Assembly (NCBI GenBank): GCA_016618085.1
Contig: JABLTG010000021.1
Coordinates: forward strand, 62,001 to 126,000
Length of the DNA stretch: 64,000 bases
From: Neovahlkampfia damariscottae
Taxonomy: Eukaryota
Direction: 5' to 3'
Notes under the pieces: model-generated
Told to the model about the DNA's origin: nothing
Seen by the model: only the letters and a program-made list of their open reading frames with translations
Database searches by the model: none
Translations under genes and position numbers: made by a program
Shown: positions 26,090 through 36,505 of the stretch, in pieces
How positions within the stretch are numbered: the first letter of the stretch is position 1
Layout: the number at the start of each line of letters is the position of its first letter

Positions 26090-26683
26090 TTAATATATTT
26101 TACGTTCTCTGATCATCTTTTGAGCAAATGTTGTAACTTGGAGTTGGTTTCTTGTTTTTACATAATAAAGAGAAATAGCTTTCCATCTTCTTCCAAGGGC
26201 TTCAAATCCTTCTAAGAATCTATCAACTTCATCTGCACTCCAATCTCCTTCATTTGGTTTTGGGAGTTGTTGATGAACAACTTTTTCCTTTTTCTCCTTC
26301 AAACTTAGATCAGTGATTCCATAGTTCAAGTTAAAAGGGTTTGAGTTTCTTCTGGTTGATTTTGGTTTCTTGGTTTTCTTTTGTTTGTCAACTTTTTCTT
26401 TATTTTCTTTCTTTCTTTTTTGTGGTGATTTTTTGTTTTCTTTCTTCTCTTCGTTCACAGAGCCGAAGAATTGAAATCCTTCAAGAGATTCATAGTTGAA
26501 AATTCCATTAAAAGAGCTGAATTTTGATCCCTTTGAGTCACTGTGTTCTTTCTTAGAACAGATCTTTCTTGGTGTTTCTTGTGTAGTCTTGTGTGAGCCT
26601 ATTGAAGAGAGTTCAATGATAGCATAATCTGATAAGTACATCATCCAATCTTCTTGGAATGAACAAGTCACAACTTCAGTCAT
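26090..26683 (-). CDS. Single-repeat Myb/SANT (SHAQKYF-like) transcription factor
   Basis: GDWSADEVDRFLEGFEALGRRWKAIS..VKTRNQLQVTTFAQK. Confidence 0.85.
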   Translation of the reverse strand: MTEVVTCSFQEDWMMYLSDYAIIELSSIGSHKTTQETPRKICSKKEHSDSKGSKFSSFNGIFNYESLEGFQFFGSVNEEKKENKKSPQKRKKENKEKVDKQKKTKKPKSTRRNSNPFNLNYGITDLSLKEKKEKVVHQQLPKPNEGDWSADEVDRFLEGFEALGRRWKAISLYYVKTRNQLQVTTFAQKMIRERKIY

Positions 26684-26798
26684 TTTGCTTTTTTCCTTTG
26701 AGTCAGGAGATAATCCAATCAATTTAAAAGTTGAAAATTATTCTGATTAGGAAGTGAAGTTCAACCGATTAGGAAGGTAGAAAAATGGAAAAATGCCT

Positions 26799-28343
26799 TT
26801 ATTGATAAAACCTCATTACTTCATTCATCAAATCATATCCTTCACTTTTTATAATCAATGTGCTTTTCTTAATATCAGACCACAAATAAATTCCTTTTTT
26901 TTTTGTTTCGTTTTCTATTAATCTGAAATTCTCAACAGACGGAAATTGATAATATAAGATTCCTTCTTCCATTGAAACTCTTTGAATTTCTCTTTCCCAC
27001 TGTCAAAAAAAGTCAAAAAACTAAAATAAAAATTCGAACCAAAATAATTTGTTCACAAACAGTTTCTGGAAGAATTGGAGTTCTCTTTCTCATTTGAGGA
27101 TGTGAATGTTTATACAAATAATCTATAATCTATTTTTAAAAAAAATGAACAAATCAAAATGAATACTTGTTTTGATGTAATTCCACTAGTTAATGCTTCA
27201 CGAATTGATTTTCTTGAAATCAAACCTACAACTAAATTAGGTGTTCTATATTGTAATTCAACAAAAATCGATAAAATTGCAATTTCAAGTGGTGAATTTG
27301 TGTAGGCGTATAATTTATAATTTGTTTCAACAATAATATTACCTTGATCTTTTATATTCCAATCCATATTTGATTCATCTCCACTATAAATCAAACCAAT
27401 AGCAACAGATGTTGGATAATATTTTTTTAAATTTTCTTCTTTTTTTTTGTCTTTTGATCTTTGATAAATAATTCCAAATTCTGTTAAATCTGCAATGAAC
27501 ACTTTTTGAGTTTTTGTTAGACTTTGAAATGAGTATCCTTTTGTTCCACCTGACTCCATGAAACTCAATTCAAATAAAAATTGTAAAACTTCACTTTTGA
27601 TTAATCCATTTTTTTCTGCATCTTCCAAGTACTGTTGAAGAACAATCCAAATTTGTGTTTTTCGATCTTGCAATAAAAAATTGAAACCTTCATTAGTAAT
27701 TTCAATTTCACGTTTTTCATTTGTAGCAACTAAATTTGCTTTCTTCAATAATTCATGAAATCCAACTATCATTTTTTAATATTAATTTTTTAAATTACTA
27801 TTGTCAGTTCCTGTGCCTCTGGCGACATATAATAAGATAGATTCCCATTTTTCATTTGAATGTTTTTCAATTGATGAAGCTTTTGGTGGTTTTGATGCTT
27901 CAGAATCATCTGTTTCTTTTTCTTCTTCAATTTCTTCTTCTTCATCTTCTTGTAGACAAATTATGAATGTTTTTTGAAAAACTTCATTAATTTTAAAATA
28001 TTCTCGATGTCCAGAAACCTCCTGTCTTTTTTAAATTTAAGTTTTTTTTTAACAAGTTACAAAAGTATTCCAAGACCGTGTAAATTATGCATTGAATTTT
28101 TGAACTGAATTTCTGACTCTGGTGATTTAATTACAATTGAACTCATTTGTTCCATTGATATCGTTTCGGAAGTAAATAAAAAACTCAATAAAAACCTGTA
28201 AAAGGAATTAAAATTTTTTTTTTGTTAAACTGTTTTTCCAGTTCTGATAAACTTCTGAAAACTGATTTACAAGCCCATTTATTCTTGTAGAGTATATTTA
28301 TATCGTCAGTGTTCAATTTTTGTAAATAATTGAAAATGCTCAT
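26799..28343 (-). CDS. GTF2H4: TFIIH subunit p52/Tfb2, multi-exon
   Basis: ITNEGFNFLL, GNIIVETNYKLYAYTNSPL, VCEQIILWEREIQR after splicing. Confidence 0.93.
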
Positions 28344-28407
28344 TTTTCTTTTGGATGGATATTATTGGTGTATTAATTTTCCACCAATTAATACTTCAGC
28401 TTCAACA
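28344..28407. promoter_or_regulatory. 64-nt bidirectional promoter with mirrored CCAAT boxes
   Basis: ATTGG at 28364-28368 and CCAAT at 28384-28388, each about 40 nt from one of the two divergent ATGs. Confidence 0.6.
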
Positions 28408-29667
28408 ATGAATGACTTGGCTGATGATGCAATTCATAATATTCTTTATTTCCTTGAACCAAAGTTTATGTTTTATAAAACCTCAAATGTAAATCAAACT
28501 TGGAGAGAAGCTTCTTTATTCACATTAATTAACCCTGTAAATGTGTTACAAGACGTTTTTGATAAAGAAGTTGCCCAAACTTATTCAGAAAAAGCAAAAA
28601 TACATTTTCAAAAAAAGAAGTTTTCTGAGTCAATTTATTATTATACCCAATCAATAAAATTAGATCCTTCAAACCCACGAACATTTTCAAACCGAGCTTT
28701 ATGTTACATTCATCAAAATTTATATCAACAAGCATTTGATGATTTAAATGTTGCCATTAGTTTGGATGAATCATGGTCAAAACCAGTCCTTCAAAAAGCA
28801 ATTCTATTAAAAAAAACTGGTCATGAAGAAGAAGGAAAACAGTGCTTAACAAAATCCATTGACTTGTCAAAAAAAGTGAATGATAGTTATATCTTTCTTA
28901 ACACAAATTCAGAAACTTATTTTGATTTCAAAACTAGAGAGAAGTTTAAACAAGATTTTGTTCAAAATTCACTTGATTATTACATTGCTGATATTTCAAC
29001 AATTTCTAATCTTTGTTATATTCCAATAGATAAGTTCTTCAAAAAGTTTAATTATCAATTTGGTGACACTTTTGTTAATTTTCGTTTGACTGCCTCTTTT
29101 GTTTTTGATGACGTTTTGCTTTTACGTGTCTCTAAAAAAAATCCACAAATACAATCATTGAATATTTCAGGATGTATGTCTATCACAACATCAGGTATTA
29201 TGTATTCAATTCAAAAATACCTCAAAAATTTGAAATATTTAGATATCCGAAACATTCCTCATCTCGATGTTGAAACCATTAATTTTTTGGAAAATAAATA
29301 TGAAATAGAGATTATACATTCAATATATGAAGAAAACGATGATTTTGACTACAAGAAATATATGGATAAATTAATATTTTTTGAAGAAAAAGGTGTTGAA
29401 CTGGCAAATATTCTCAACTTGAATCAGAAACAATTGAAGGAAGGTATTAAATTACAAGATTTGAATGTAATTTCAAGACATTTGGTATATGAATGGCATC
29501 CTGATTTAAATTCATTAAATTTCATTTTAAACAAACAAAAACTGTCAGTGATGAATGATTTGATGGATGATTTGTTTACAAAAGCCAGACAATTAGAAGA
29601 GAATGAAACCACATTGGTGTACAAAGGAAAAACAGAACAAACAAATTTTTTGCAAATTGGTTCATAA
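28408..29667 (+). CDS. F-box + TPR + LRR protein
   Basis: LADDAIHNILYFL..VNQTW F-box; TPR FSNRALCY; LRR IQSLNISGC. Confidence 0.8.
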   Translation: MNDLADDAIHNILYFLEPKFMFYKTSNVNQTWREASLFTLINPVNVLQDVFDKEVAQTYSEKAKIHFQKKKFSESIYYYTQSIKLDPSNPRTFSNRALCYIHQNLYQQAFDDLNVAISLDESWSKPVLQKAILLKKTGHEEEGKQCLTKSIDLSKKVNDSYIFLNTNSETYFDFKTREKFKQDFVQNSLDYYIADISTISNLCYIPIDKFFKKFNYQFGDTFVNFRLTASFVFDDVLLLRVSKKNPQIQSLNISGCMSITTSGIMYSIQKYLKNLKYLDIRNIPHLDVETINFLENKYEIEIIHSIYEENDDFDYKKYMDKLIFFEEKGVELANILNLNQKQLKEGIKLQDLNVISRHLVYEWHPDLNSLNFILNKQKLSVMNDLMDDLFTKARQLEENETTLVYKGKTEQTNFLQIGS

Positions 29668-29904
29668 AAATTTTGAATAGGGTTGGAAACAATTTTTTTG
29701 ATTGGTTATATTTTTCATCAATATTTAGAGTACATACATCACCTAAGTTATTTTTTGTGTTTGTTAGTCATTCTCTCATCATTTCAGTCCAAATTTGTGG
29801 ACGACGTTTGGATAGATCCAAATCAGTCTTGTAGTGGTAAACTAGAAAGAAAAAGACCGAGTCAAAGAAATAAATTTTATTTTACTTTAAATAACTCTAC
29901 AGAT

Positions 29905-30357
29905 TTATTCTTCTTCTTCTTCCTCTTCTTCCATCAATTTTCTGGCATAATTTCCTACTTGACGTCTTGTTCTAGTTTTGACAAAATTTTTGGATATGGC
30001 AGTCCAATTTTTTCCGATAACTTTAAATCCTTCTGCAAACAACCTTTTTTCTTCTTCACTCCAACTTCCTCGTCTTGTTGCTCTCACATTTTCATTTGTT
30101 GTTGGACGATAGAGATGAAACGATGGAATATCTGTTGAATACATCTCTCTTGATGTAGCATGTTTATGGTTATTTTCCTTGAAGGATTCTTCAATCTGAA
30201 TTTCTTTGTTTGCATCGTGAAGTGAAAGTTTTTCTTCTACATTGGAATTCAACAAATTGTGGATACTTATTTTTTTCAAAAGATCTGATGAATTTGGCTT
30301 TTGTGATTCTATTGGTGACAGTTCTGATGTGTTGGTCCTTCTCTTTTGGTTCCTCAT
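29905..30357 (-). CDS. Single-repeat Myb/SANT transcription factor
   Basis: GSWSEEEKRLFAEGFKVIGKNWTAISKNFVKTRTRRQV; also an ISIHNLLN motif. Confidence 0.85.
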   Translation of the reverse strand: MRNQKRRTNTSELSPIESQKPNSSDLLKKISIHNLLNSNVEEKLSLHDANKEIQIEESFKENNHKHATSREMYSTDIPSFHLYRPTTNENVRATRRGSWSEEEKRLFAEGFKVIGKNWTAISKNFVKTRTRRQVGNYARKLMEEEEEEEE

Positions 30358-30933
30358 GTTTAGCTTCGGTTTTAATTCGTTTATCCAATGAAAACTGGTT
30401 CTATTAAAAAAGGAAATGAAAATGTCCTAAAGTTCTAGTCAATGACTCAAAATCTGAAAAAGAGAACTGTTTTTTTTTTGATAAAATATTCAGAACAACA
30501 TCTTTTCAGCCACTCTTTTTTTTTCCTTTTTGGGAATCTCAGGAAGAAAAAGTCAACACCAGAAACTGACAACAGCAAGAAGTCAGAAAAATGTCTTCAT
30601 TGAAATGTTTCAAACTTAAATAAAAGAGCAACAAATGCATTTTTCTACATTGCTTCATGTTTAGAACATTCCAAATTGTGTTCACTTCATGTTTTCAGAA
30701 ACATGTTCACTTCTGGCAGAAGAGATGGTATGTTCCTTTTAGTTTCTCAAACCCGATAGAACTTTCAAAAAAAATTTAAATTCTCAATTTTTTGTTGATT
30801 CTATTTTTGTCAGCCAGCTGACGTATTGAAGCTCTAGTGCTGCCCACCAAAATTTCTTCCAAAAATTTTACTGTTCATTTATTCCAATTTCCTTCCTCCT
30901 TTTTTATCCAATCAAATTATTTTTACAAACCTG

Positions 30934-32898
30934 ATGTTAAAAGGTTTAGTTTTTTGTTGTTCAGGTACACTGTCAGTTTCAAGAAAAGAATTTGAAAAAC
31001 TAGTGAAATCCAATGGAGCAGGTTTTTCTTCAAGTGTTTCTGCCAAAACAACACATTTAGTAACAACTCCAGAAGAATTTTCAACTGAAACAGTGAAAGT
31101 CACAAAAGCCAAACATGAAGGAATTCCAATTGTAACAGAAGATTATGTTCATGATTCTTTAACCCAAGGAACTTTATTAGATGAATCCAATTATTCATTA
31201 GAACAAAAATCACCTGAAAAAAAAAAAAAAAAAAAGAAAATGTCACCTGTAGATGAAAGAATTTTAGAATTTTATGAAAAAAAAAGACAATCATTTATTC
31301 AATCAAATATTAATATTACATCATCAGAAATTATTGAAAATGTTATTTCTTCATGGAACAATTTAACATCAACAGAACAAGGTTATTACTCTACACCAAC
31401 TGAAAGATACTCACAAAAATTGACTAAATTGTATGATGACTTAATGAGTTCAAATGCTGATTGGATGGAAGAAAATACTTATGTTTTCAATTGTGATTGT
31501 GACACTCAAATCTTGTTTTGTTCTAGGTGTTCAGAAAAGTTCACAAAATCAAAAAATGAACATTTTGATGATATTTTAGCAAATAAGTTAAAAGTAAAAG
31601 TGACAAGAACAACAGAATTGAAAACAACTCCTGAAGGTTTAGATGATTTAGTTGTAAATGAAGAATCTATTGTATCAGAAAAGATTCAATTACTCGTAGA
31701 ACTATTTTCTTTTTTTTTAGATTTTGAAATGGGTAATTTTTTGAATAAGATGATTGCTAGTATTCCAGATGAAACGATAATTAGTAGTTCATTTCGTCAC
31801 ATTGCTGGAAAATTAGAAGAATATCCAATTGTGAAAATCAATGATGATTCAATTTCAATTCCATTGATGGAAGATAATTTTGATTTTTTGAAGTCAAAAA
31901 ATAAGATTGAACCAAAAGATGTTAAAATTTCAGGAATTAATTTCTTAAATTCTGTTGATTCTTCAATTATCAAGTTAGTTAAAAGACATATTGCTCCAAT
32001 GAATGATTTTATTCAAACTGAATTAAAATCTGTAGTGTTAATAGAAAATACAACTAATGTCAAAATTGATCAACCAAAAGATGAATCAATTATTGGGAAA
32101 TTTGTTTTATTCTTGCCTTCTTTTTACAAAGGTGGTGAAGTTAACATTCAATTCAATGAAAAAAAAAAAACTTTTGATTTTTCATTGAAAGATACTGTAT
32201 GCTTTCAATGGTTAGCATTTGATAATAAATGCTCTTATGAAATTAAACCAACAACAGAAGGATTTGGAGTTGCTTTGGTTTTTGATTTGTTGGATTATAA
32301 GTACGTCGATTCAAAAATGACCAATGAAAGGATGACATATTTTGTTTCCACCCAAAATGGTGAACAAAGTAATTATGATGAGAAAAAAATTGGTGACGGA
32401 AGTGTTAAGAACTTTTTCCGTTCAATTCGTAGTTGTCATCAAATGAACAAAACAACAACAATCATTTTGACCAATCAGTATACTTTGTCAACTTTAAGAC
32501 CGGAATATTTGAAAGGAAGAGATTTGGAATTATATTCAATGTTGAAATCGGAATTTCATTTGAGATTTATTGATGGAATTCGTCTTCAAATAAAAGTGAA
32601 ACAAGAAAATGAAATTCCAATTGTCAAGAAAATTCCAATTGGAGACCCAGATGAGATCATCATTCATCCATTTTATGAATCAGATATTCCAAAACTGAAA
32701 TTCATTGCATCTATTGGAAAACTTAAACCACATTTGACAATGCAATTTGAAGAAGAAGATGAAGAAGAAGAAGAAGAAGAAGAAGAAGAAAATTACATCA
32801 CTTTGCATTATATCTGCTGTGGAATTAACATTTCAGAATTGATCAAACCAAAAATCAGAATTCAAATGTTCCCAGATCTTCAATTCCATTTTGAATAA
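30934..32898 (+). CDS. BRCT + degenerate 2OG-Fe(II) oxygenase-like domain protein
   Basis: BRCT FCCSGTLSVSRKE..SVSAKTTHLV..IPIVTEDYV; later GKFVLFLPS.YKGGE..QWLAF..EIKPTTEG. Confidence 0.7.
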   Translation: MLKGLVFCCSGTLSVSRKEFEKLVKSNGAGFSSSVSAKTTHLVTTPEEFSTETVKVTKAKHEGIPIVTEDYVHDSLTQGTLLDESNYSLEQKSPEKKKKKKKMSPVDERILEFYEKKRQSFIQSNINITSSEIIENVISSWNNLTSTEQGYYSTPTERYSQKLTKLYDDLMSSNADWMEENTYVFNCDCDTQILFCSRCSEKFTKSKNEHFDDILANKLKVKVTRTTELKTTPEGLDDLVVNEESIVSEKIQLLVELFSFFLDFEMGNFLNKMIASIPDETIISSSFRHIAGKLEEYPIVKINDDSISIPLMEDNFDFLKSKNKIEPKDVKISGINFLNSVDSSIIKLVKRHIAPMNDFIQTELKSVVLIENTTNVKIDQPKDESIIGKFVLFLPSFYKGGEVNIQFNEKKKTFDFSLKDTVCFQWLAFDNKCSYEIKPTTEGFGVALVFDLLDYKYVDSKMTNERMTYFVSTQNGEQSNYDEKKIGDGSVKNFFRSIRSCHQMNKTTTIILTNQYTLSTLRPEYLKGRDLELYSMLKSEFHLRFIDGIRLQIKVKQENEIPIVKKIPIGDPDEIIIHPFYESDIPKLKFIASIGKLKPHLTMQFEEEDEEEEEEEEEENYITLHYICCGINISELIKPKIRIQMFPDLQFHFE

Positions 32899-32908
32899 AA
32901 ATCACATT

Positions 32909-33888
32909 TTATTGTTCTTCTAAATTAATTTCATCAATATTAATCTCTTCTTGTGTTTCATTATTTTCCAATTTAATCAATTTATTTGATTCTTGTGCCA
33001 AATCAAAAATTGAAATTCTTCCTCTTTGATTTATAAAATCAACAACCCCTTGAATTTCATCTTCAGTAATATAAATGAATTTTCCTCTGTCATCTAAAAT
33101 TCCTGATAATAAACCATCTGATTCTAATGATTTTATACGATCAATAACATCTTGAGTTTTCATTGAAAATTGTGCACTTAACTCTTCTAAAATGACAACT
33201 TTTTGAGTCTGAAAGATTTAACTTTTTTTTCTTTTTTTACTTTTATGTGTTCAATGAATTGTTTTAAAAGACCTTCATTGTTATTTATATCATCTTCTTT
33301 TTCACCTTTATCTTCTACTTCAAATAAATGTCTCCATTCATCATATTCAGCTTTATCTTTTTTTTCTTTTTCTTCTTTTAAACGTTTTTCTTCTTGTTCC
33401 ATTTCTTTTTGTTTTGCTTCTCTTTTTTCTTGATATTCTTTTGAAAGTTGTTCTTCTCTTTCACGTTTTTGTTGTTTGATTATTTTTTGTTGTTCATTAT
33501 ATTCTTTTCTTTCTTGTTTTTCACGTAGTTTTTGTTGTTTTTTTATACTTAACTTTTTGAATTCTTCACTTTGGAAAATTGGATTTTCTTCTTCTTCAAT
33601 TTCTTCTTCTTCGTTGTCTTCTTGGTCGTTTTGAATAGATTCTTCTTCTTTATATATTTGTTCTCTTTGTTTTCTTTGAGTTGCTTTCGTTACAAAACGA
33701 TTCTTTAAACGTTCTTTATTTGATTCTAATTCTGCTTGAGACAAATTTGAATAATTTTCTTCTTCTTCTTCTACTTGTTGTTCATCATCTAATTTTTTTA
33801 TATTTGAGGTTGGTTTTTTGGTCAAAATGTATACTAAAATTACAAGAACGAAAAGAATCAAGACAACTCCAACAACCAACGCTAACAT
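32909..33888 (-). CDS. DDRGK1: DDRGK domain-containing UFMylation adaptor, 2 exons
   Basis: N-terminal TM helix, coiled coil, LSGILDDRGKFIYIT. Confidence 0.95.
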
Positions 33889-34011
33889 TTTCAAAAAAAA
33901 ATGTCCAATAAAATCGATTAGAAGGTTCTAAAAAGAATAAATAATAATTAATATTTTATTATAAACATAATATCAGATCAAAAACTTGGTGTTTTATAAA
34001 ATCTCACAGAA

Positions 34012-35153
34012 TTAAAATTTCTTTTTGTGTTTTTTTTTTTTCTCATTCTTTTGGAATGAAGCACCATTTTTTTTATCAGTATCTTTTGTTCTTGGTTTTT
34101 CAAATTTTTCATTTTTCAAAGTTTCAAAAATTTCAAAGCCACAAGGAACTACATGTTTATTTTCTTTTTCAACTTGAATAAATAATTTATATTTTGAATT
34201 TGGATTCAAAAACTTCAATTGACAAAATTGTTCTTTTCCTCTGAACCAAAAAGATTTAACTTCATTTGAATCAAATGATTCTGAAATGATATTGAATTTT
34301 AAACTTTTGACTTGTTTAAAAATATCTTTCTTTGCTATTGTCCAGTTCAAATCAACTGTTGTTGATGTGATGTTATTTAATTCAAATTTTAAACAAGACA
34401 AAAAGATATCATCATCTTTTGACATTTTACCATCAAATGATTGTTCATTTTTTCTATTTTCAGATTTCTTTGTTTCTTTTTGAGGTTTTTGAGGTTTTGA
34501 TTTTGTGTCTAATGTTTTAACTTTAAATTCATCATAACAGTCTTGATTATAACCTACAATGTAAAATGTGTATTTTTTATTTGAATCTAAATCACCAACA
34601 AAACAAAAAGAGTCTTTACCAGAGTAAATTAATTTATCTGTTTTTTTTTTAGATCTAACCATGTAAATTTCATAACGTTTAACTTTCTTATAATAATCTG
34701 GTTTTTTCCATTTCACTTTGAATGAGTTTGTGGTGATTTCTTCAATTTTTATACTCAAATTATCAATAATTTCATCTTCATCTTCTGAATAAGAAAATTC
34801 ATCTTCATCAAAAAAATCTTCAAAAAATTCGTCTTCGTCACTGGAATTAAAAAATTCTGCAAAATCGTCTTCGTAAGAATAAAAATCTTGACCAAAACTG
34901 TCATTCAAAAATGAGTTATCCTTTTGTTTCTATTTGTTTTTTAGTTTTTTCTATGTTCTACTCCTGTAAGAATTTCATAAGCGTTTGAAATTTCTTGAAA
35001 TTTTTCAGTTGCTTCTTCTTGGTTGTCAGGATTGTTGTCTGGATGATGTTTTTTCGCAAGTTTGAAAAAAGAACTTTTAATTTCTTGCTCTGTTGGATTA
35101 GTGCAAGAGATTTCTAAAATTGAGCAAAGCTCTATTCTTCTCTTTTGGTTCAT
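34012..35153 (-). CDS. DnaJ domain + two FN3 domains, 2 exons
   Basis: J-domain [21 protein letters not shown]3 [17 protein letters not shown] and TTVDLNW..LNPNSKY. Confidence 0.8.
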
Positions 35154-35332
35154 TCCTAAATTGAAGAAATCTAATGATTGGCTGATCTTTCGCTATCCTC
35201 TTATGGCGAAAAAATTCTCAAACTACAATCGAGGCCGAATTTAGATATTCTTCAATTTACCTAACTCTATATAATTGGTCTAATTTTCTTGGAAGACTCA
35301 ACCCAACCGTCTAAAACGAAAAAACAACACAC

Positions 35333-35704
35333 ATGAGACAACAAAGACACTTTTCAGTATCATCATTGAATTCAACTATAAAAAAACTTGACACTAAAGA
35401 AAGACAACAACTAACGAAGTTCTTCAGATCATGTTGCGAGAAAACACCAAGAGACTTGTTCATTTCTGGCATTTCTCATTATTTCAAATTCATACAGCAA
35501 TTCAAAACTGGAATCTCGACTCAAATGATCAAAATTTACTTCGTACTCTTCTTATGGATTGGTTATCACTTCGAAAATGTTGGATCTTTCATCGCTCCAG
35601 CACATTTTTACAACGTATACAATTTGAACCAAGAAAGAATACAGCTGGACCATTTCCTTGACTTTGAACCAGAAGTACTTCAATTCTTCGAAACTGATGC
35701 TTAA
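35333..35704 (+). CDS. Small unknown protein, paralog A
   Basis: Shares KIYFVLFxWIGYHFxNVG with the next gene. Confidence 0.75.
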   Translation: MRQQRHFSVSSLNSTIKKLDTKERQQLTKFFRSCCEKTPRDLFISGISHYFKFIQQFKTGISTQMIKIYFVLFLWIGYHFENVGSFIAPAHFYNVYNLNQERIQLDHFLDFEPEVLQFFETDA

Positions 35705-35951
35705 TTCTCCACGTAAATTGTATGATAAATATTCCTCTTTAATTGAATTTGTTTTTGTTGATTACAGGTTGATTTTTTTCTTCATTTCAACACCAGTTCC
35801 AAAAACAAAAAATTTATCAAATAGTCAGAAAAAGCCTTTTATCATCAATTGAAATAAGAACTTTGCTCACCCGATTTGGAAAAGAAAATTGTCACAATTT
35901 TTTTTAATTCGCCAACCAAATCAATACCACAACGAATTCATAAAACACCAA

Positions 35952-36344
35952 ATGAAGTATACTCCGATACATTATGACAAGTTTCTGGATAAAATATGTG
36001 GTACAAAAAACGAAAAGATGGACTTCATCAAGTTCGCTGAGCAGTGTTGCGAAGTAACTTCAGAAACAGAACTTATGGAAGGACTTTCACACTTTTACAA
36101 GTTTATAGACTGTATGAACCAAAGCATACCATCAAATCTTGGAAAAATATATTTTGTACTGTTTATATGGATAGGTTACCATTTTTCTAATGTTGGTGAG
36201 TTCGAAACTGCTTCCAGTTATTATTACAAGTATAACTTGAAAGATCAACGAATTAAACTTGAAGAATTTACTACTCGCGAAGAAGAAGTAGTTGAATTCT
36301 TTGATGAAGGAAGTCTTCATTATAAGGCTTCAAATAAGAGTTGA
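35952..36344 (+). CDS. Small unknown protein, paralog B
   Basis: Colinear paralog of 35333-35704; ATG at 35952. Confidence 0.75.
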   Translation: MKYTPIHYDKFLDKICGTKNEKMDFIKFAEQCCEVTSETELMEGLSHFYKFIDCMNQSIPSNLGKIYFVLFIWIGYHFSNVGEFETASSYYYKYNLKDQRIKLEEFTTREEEVVEFFDEGSLHYKASNKS

Positions 36345-36505
36345 TACTCCTGTCCATTCAAAACACACTTCTCTTACATCATAAATATTTAGTTTTTTAT
36401 ACTCACTTGGAGAAAACTGTGGAAATTTTAAAGAGAATGAATTTTAATTTTATAAATTATTTTACCATTTTTTTTAACCAATAAGAAAATAAATAATTTC
36501 TGGAG

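Noticed and set aside
29683..30138. 151-aa plus-strand ORF
   Set aside because: Non-ATG start, overlaps the Myb gene antisense, and its F/S runs mirror that gene's GAA repeats
32747..32790. (GAA)n microsatellite
   Set aside because: It encodes a poly-Glu tract inside a CDS, not an independent repeat element
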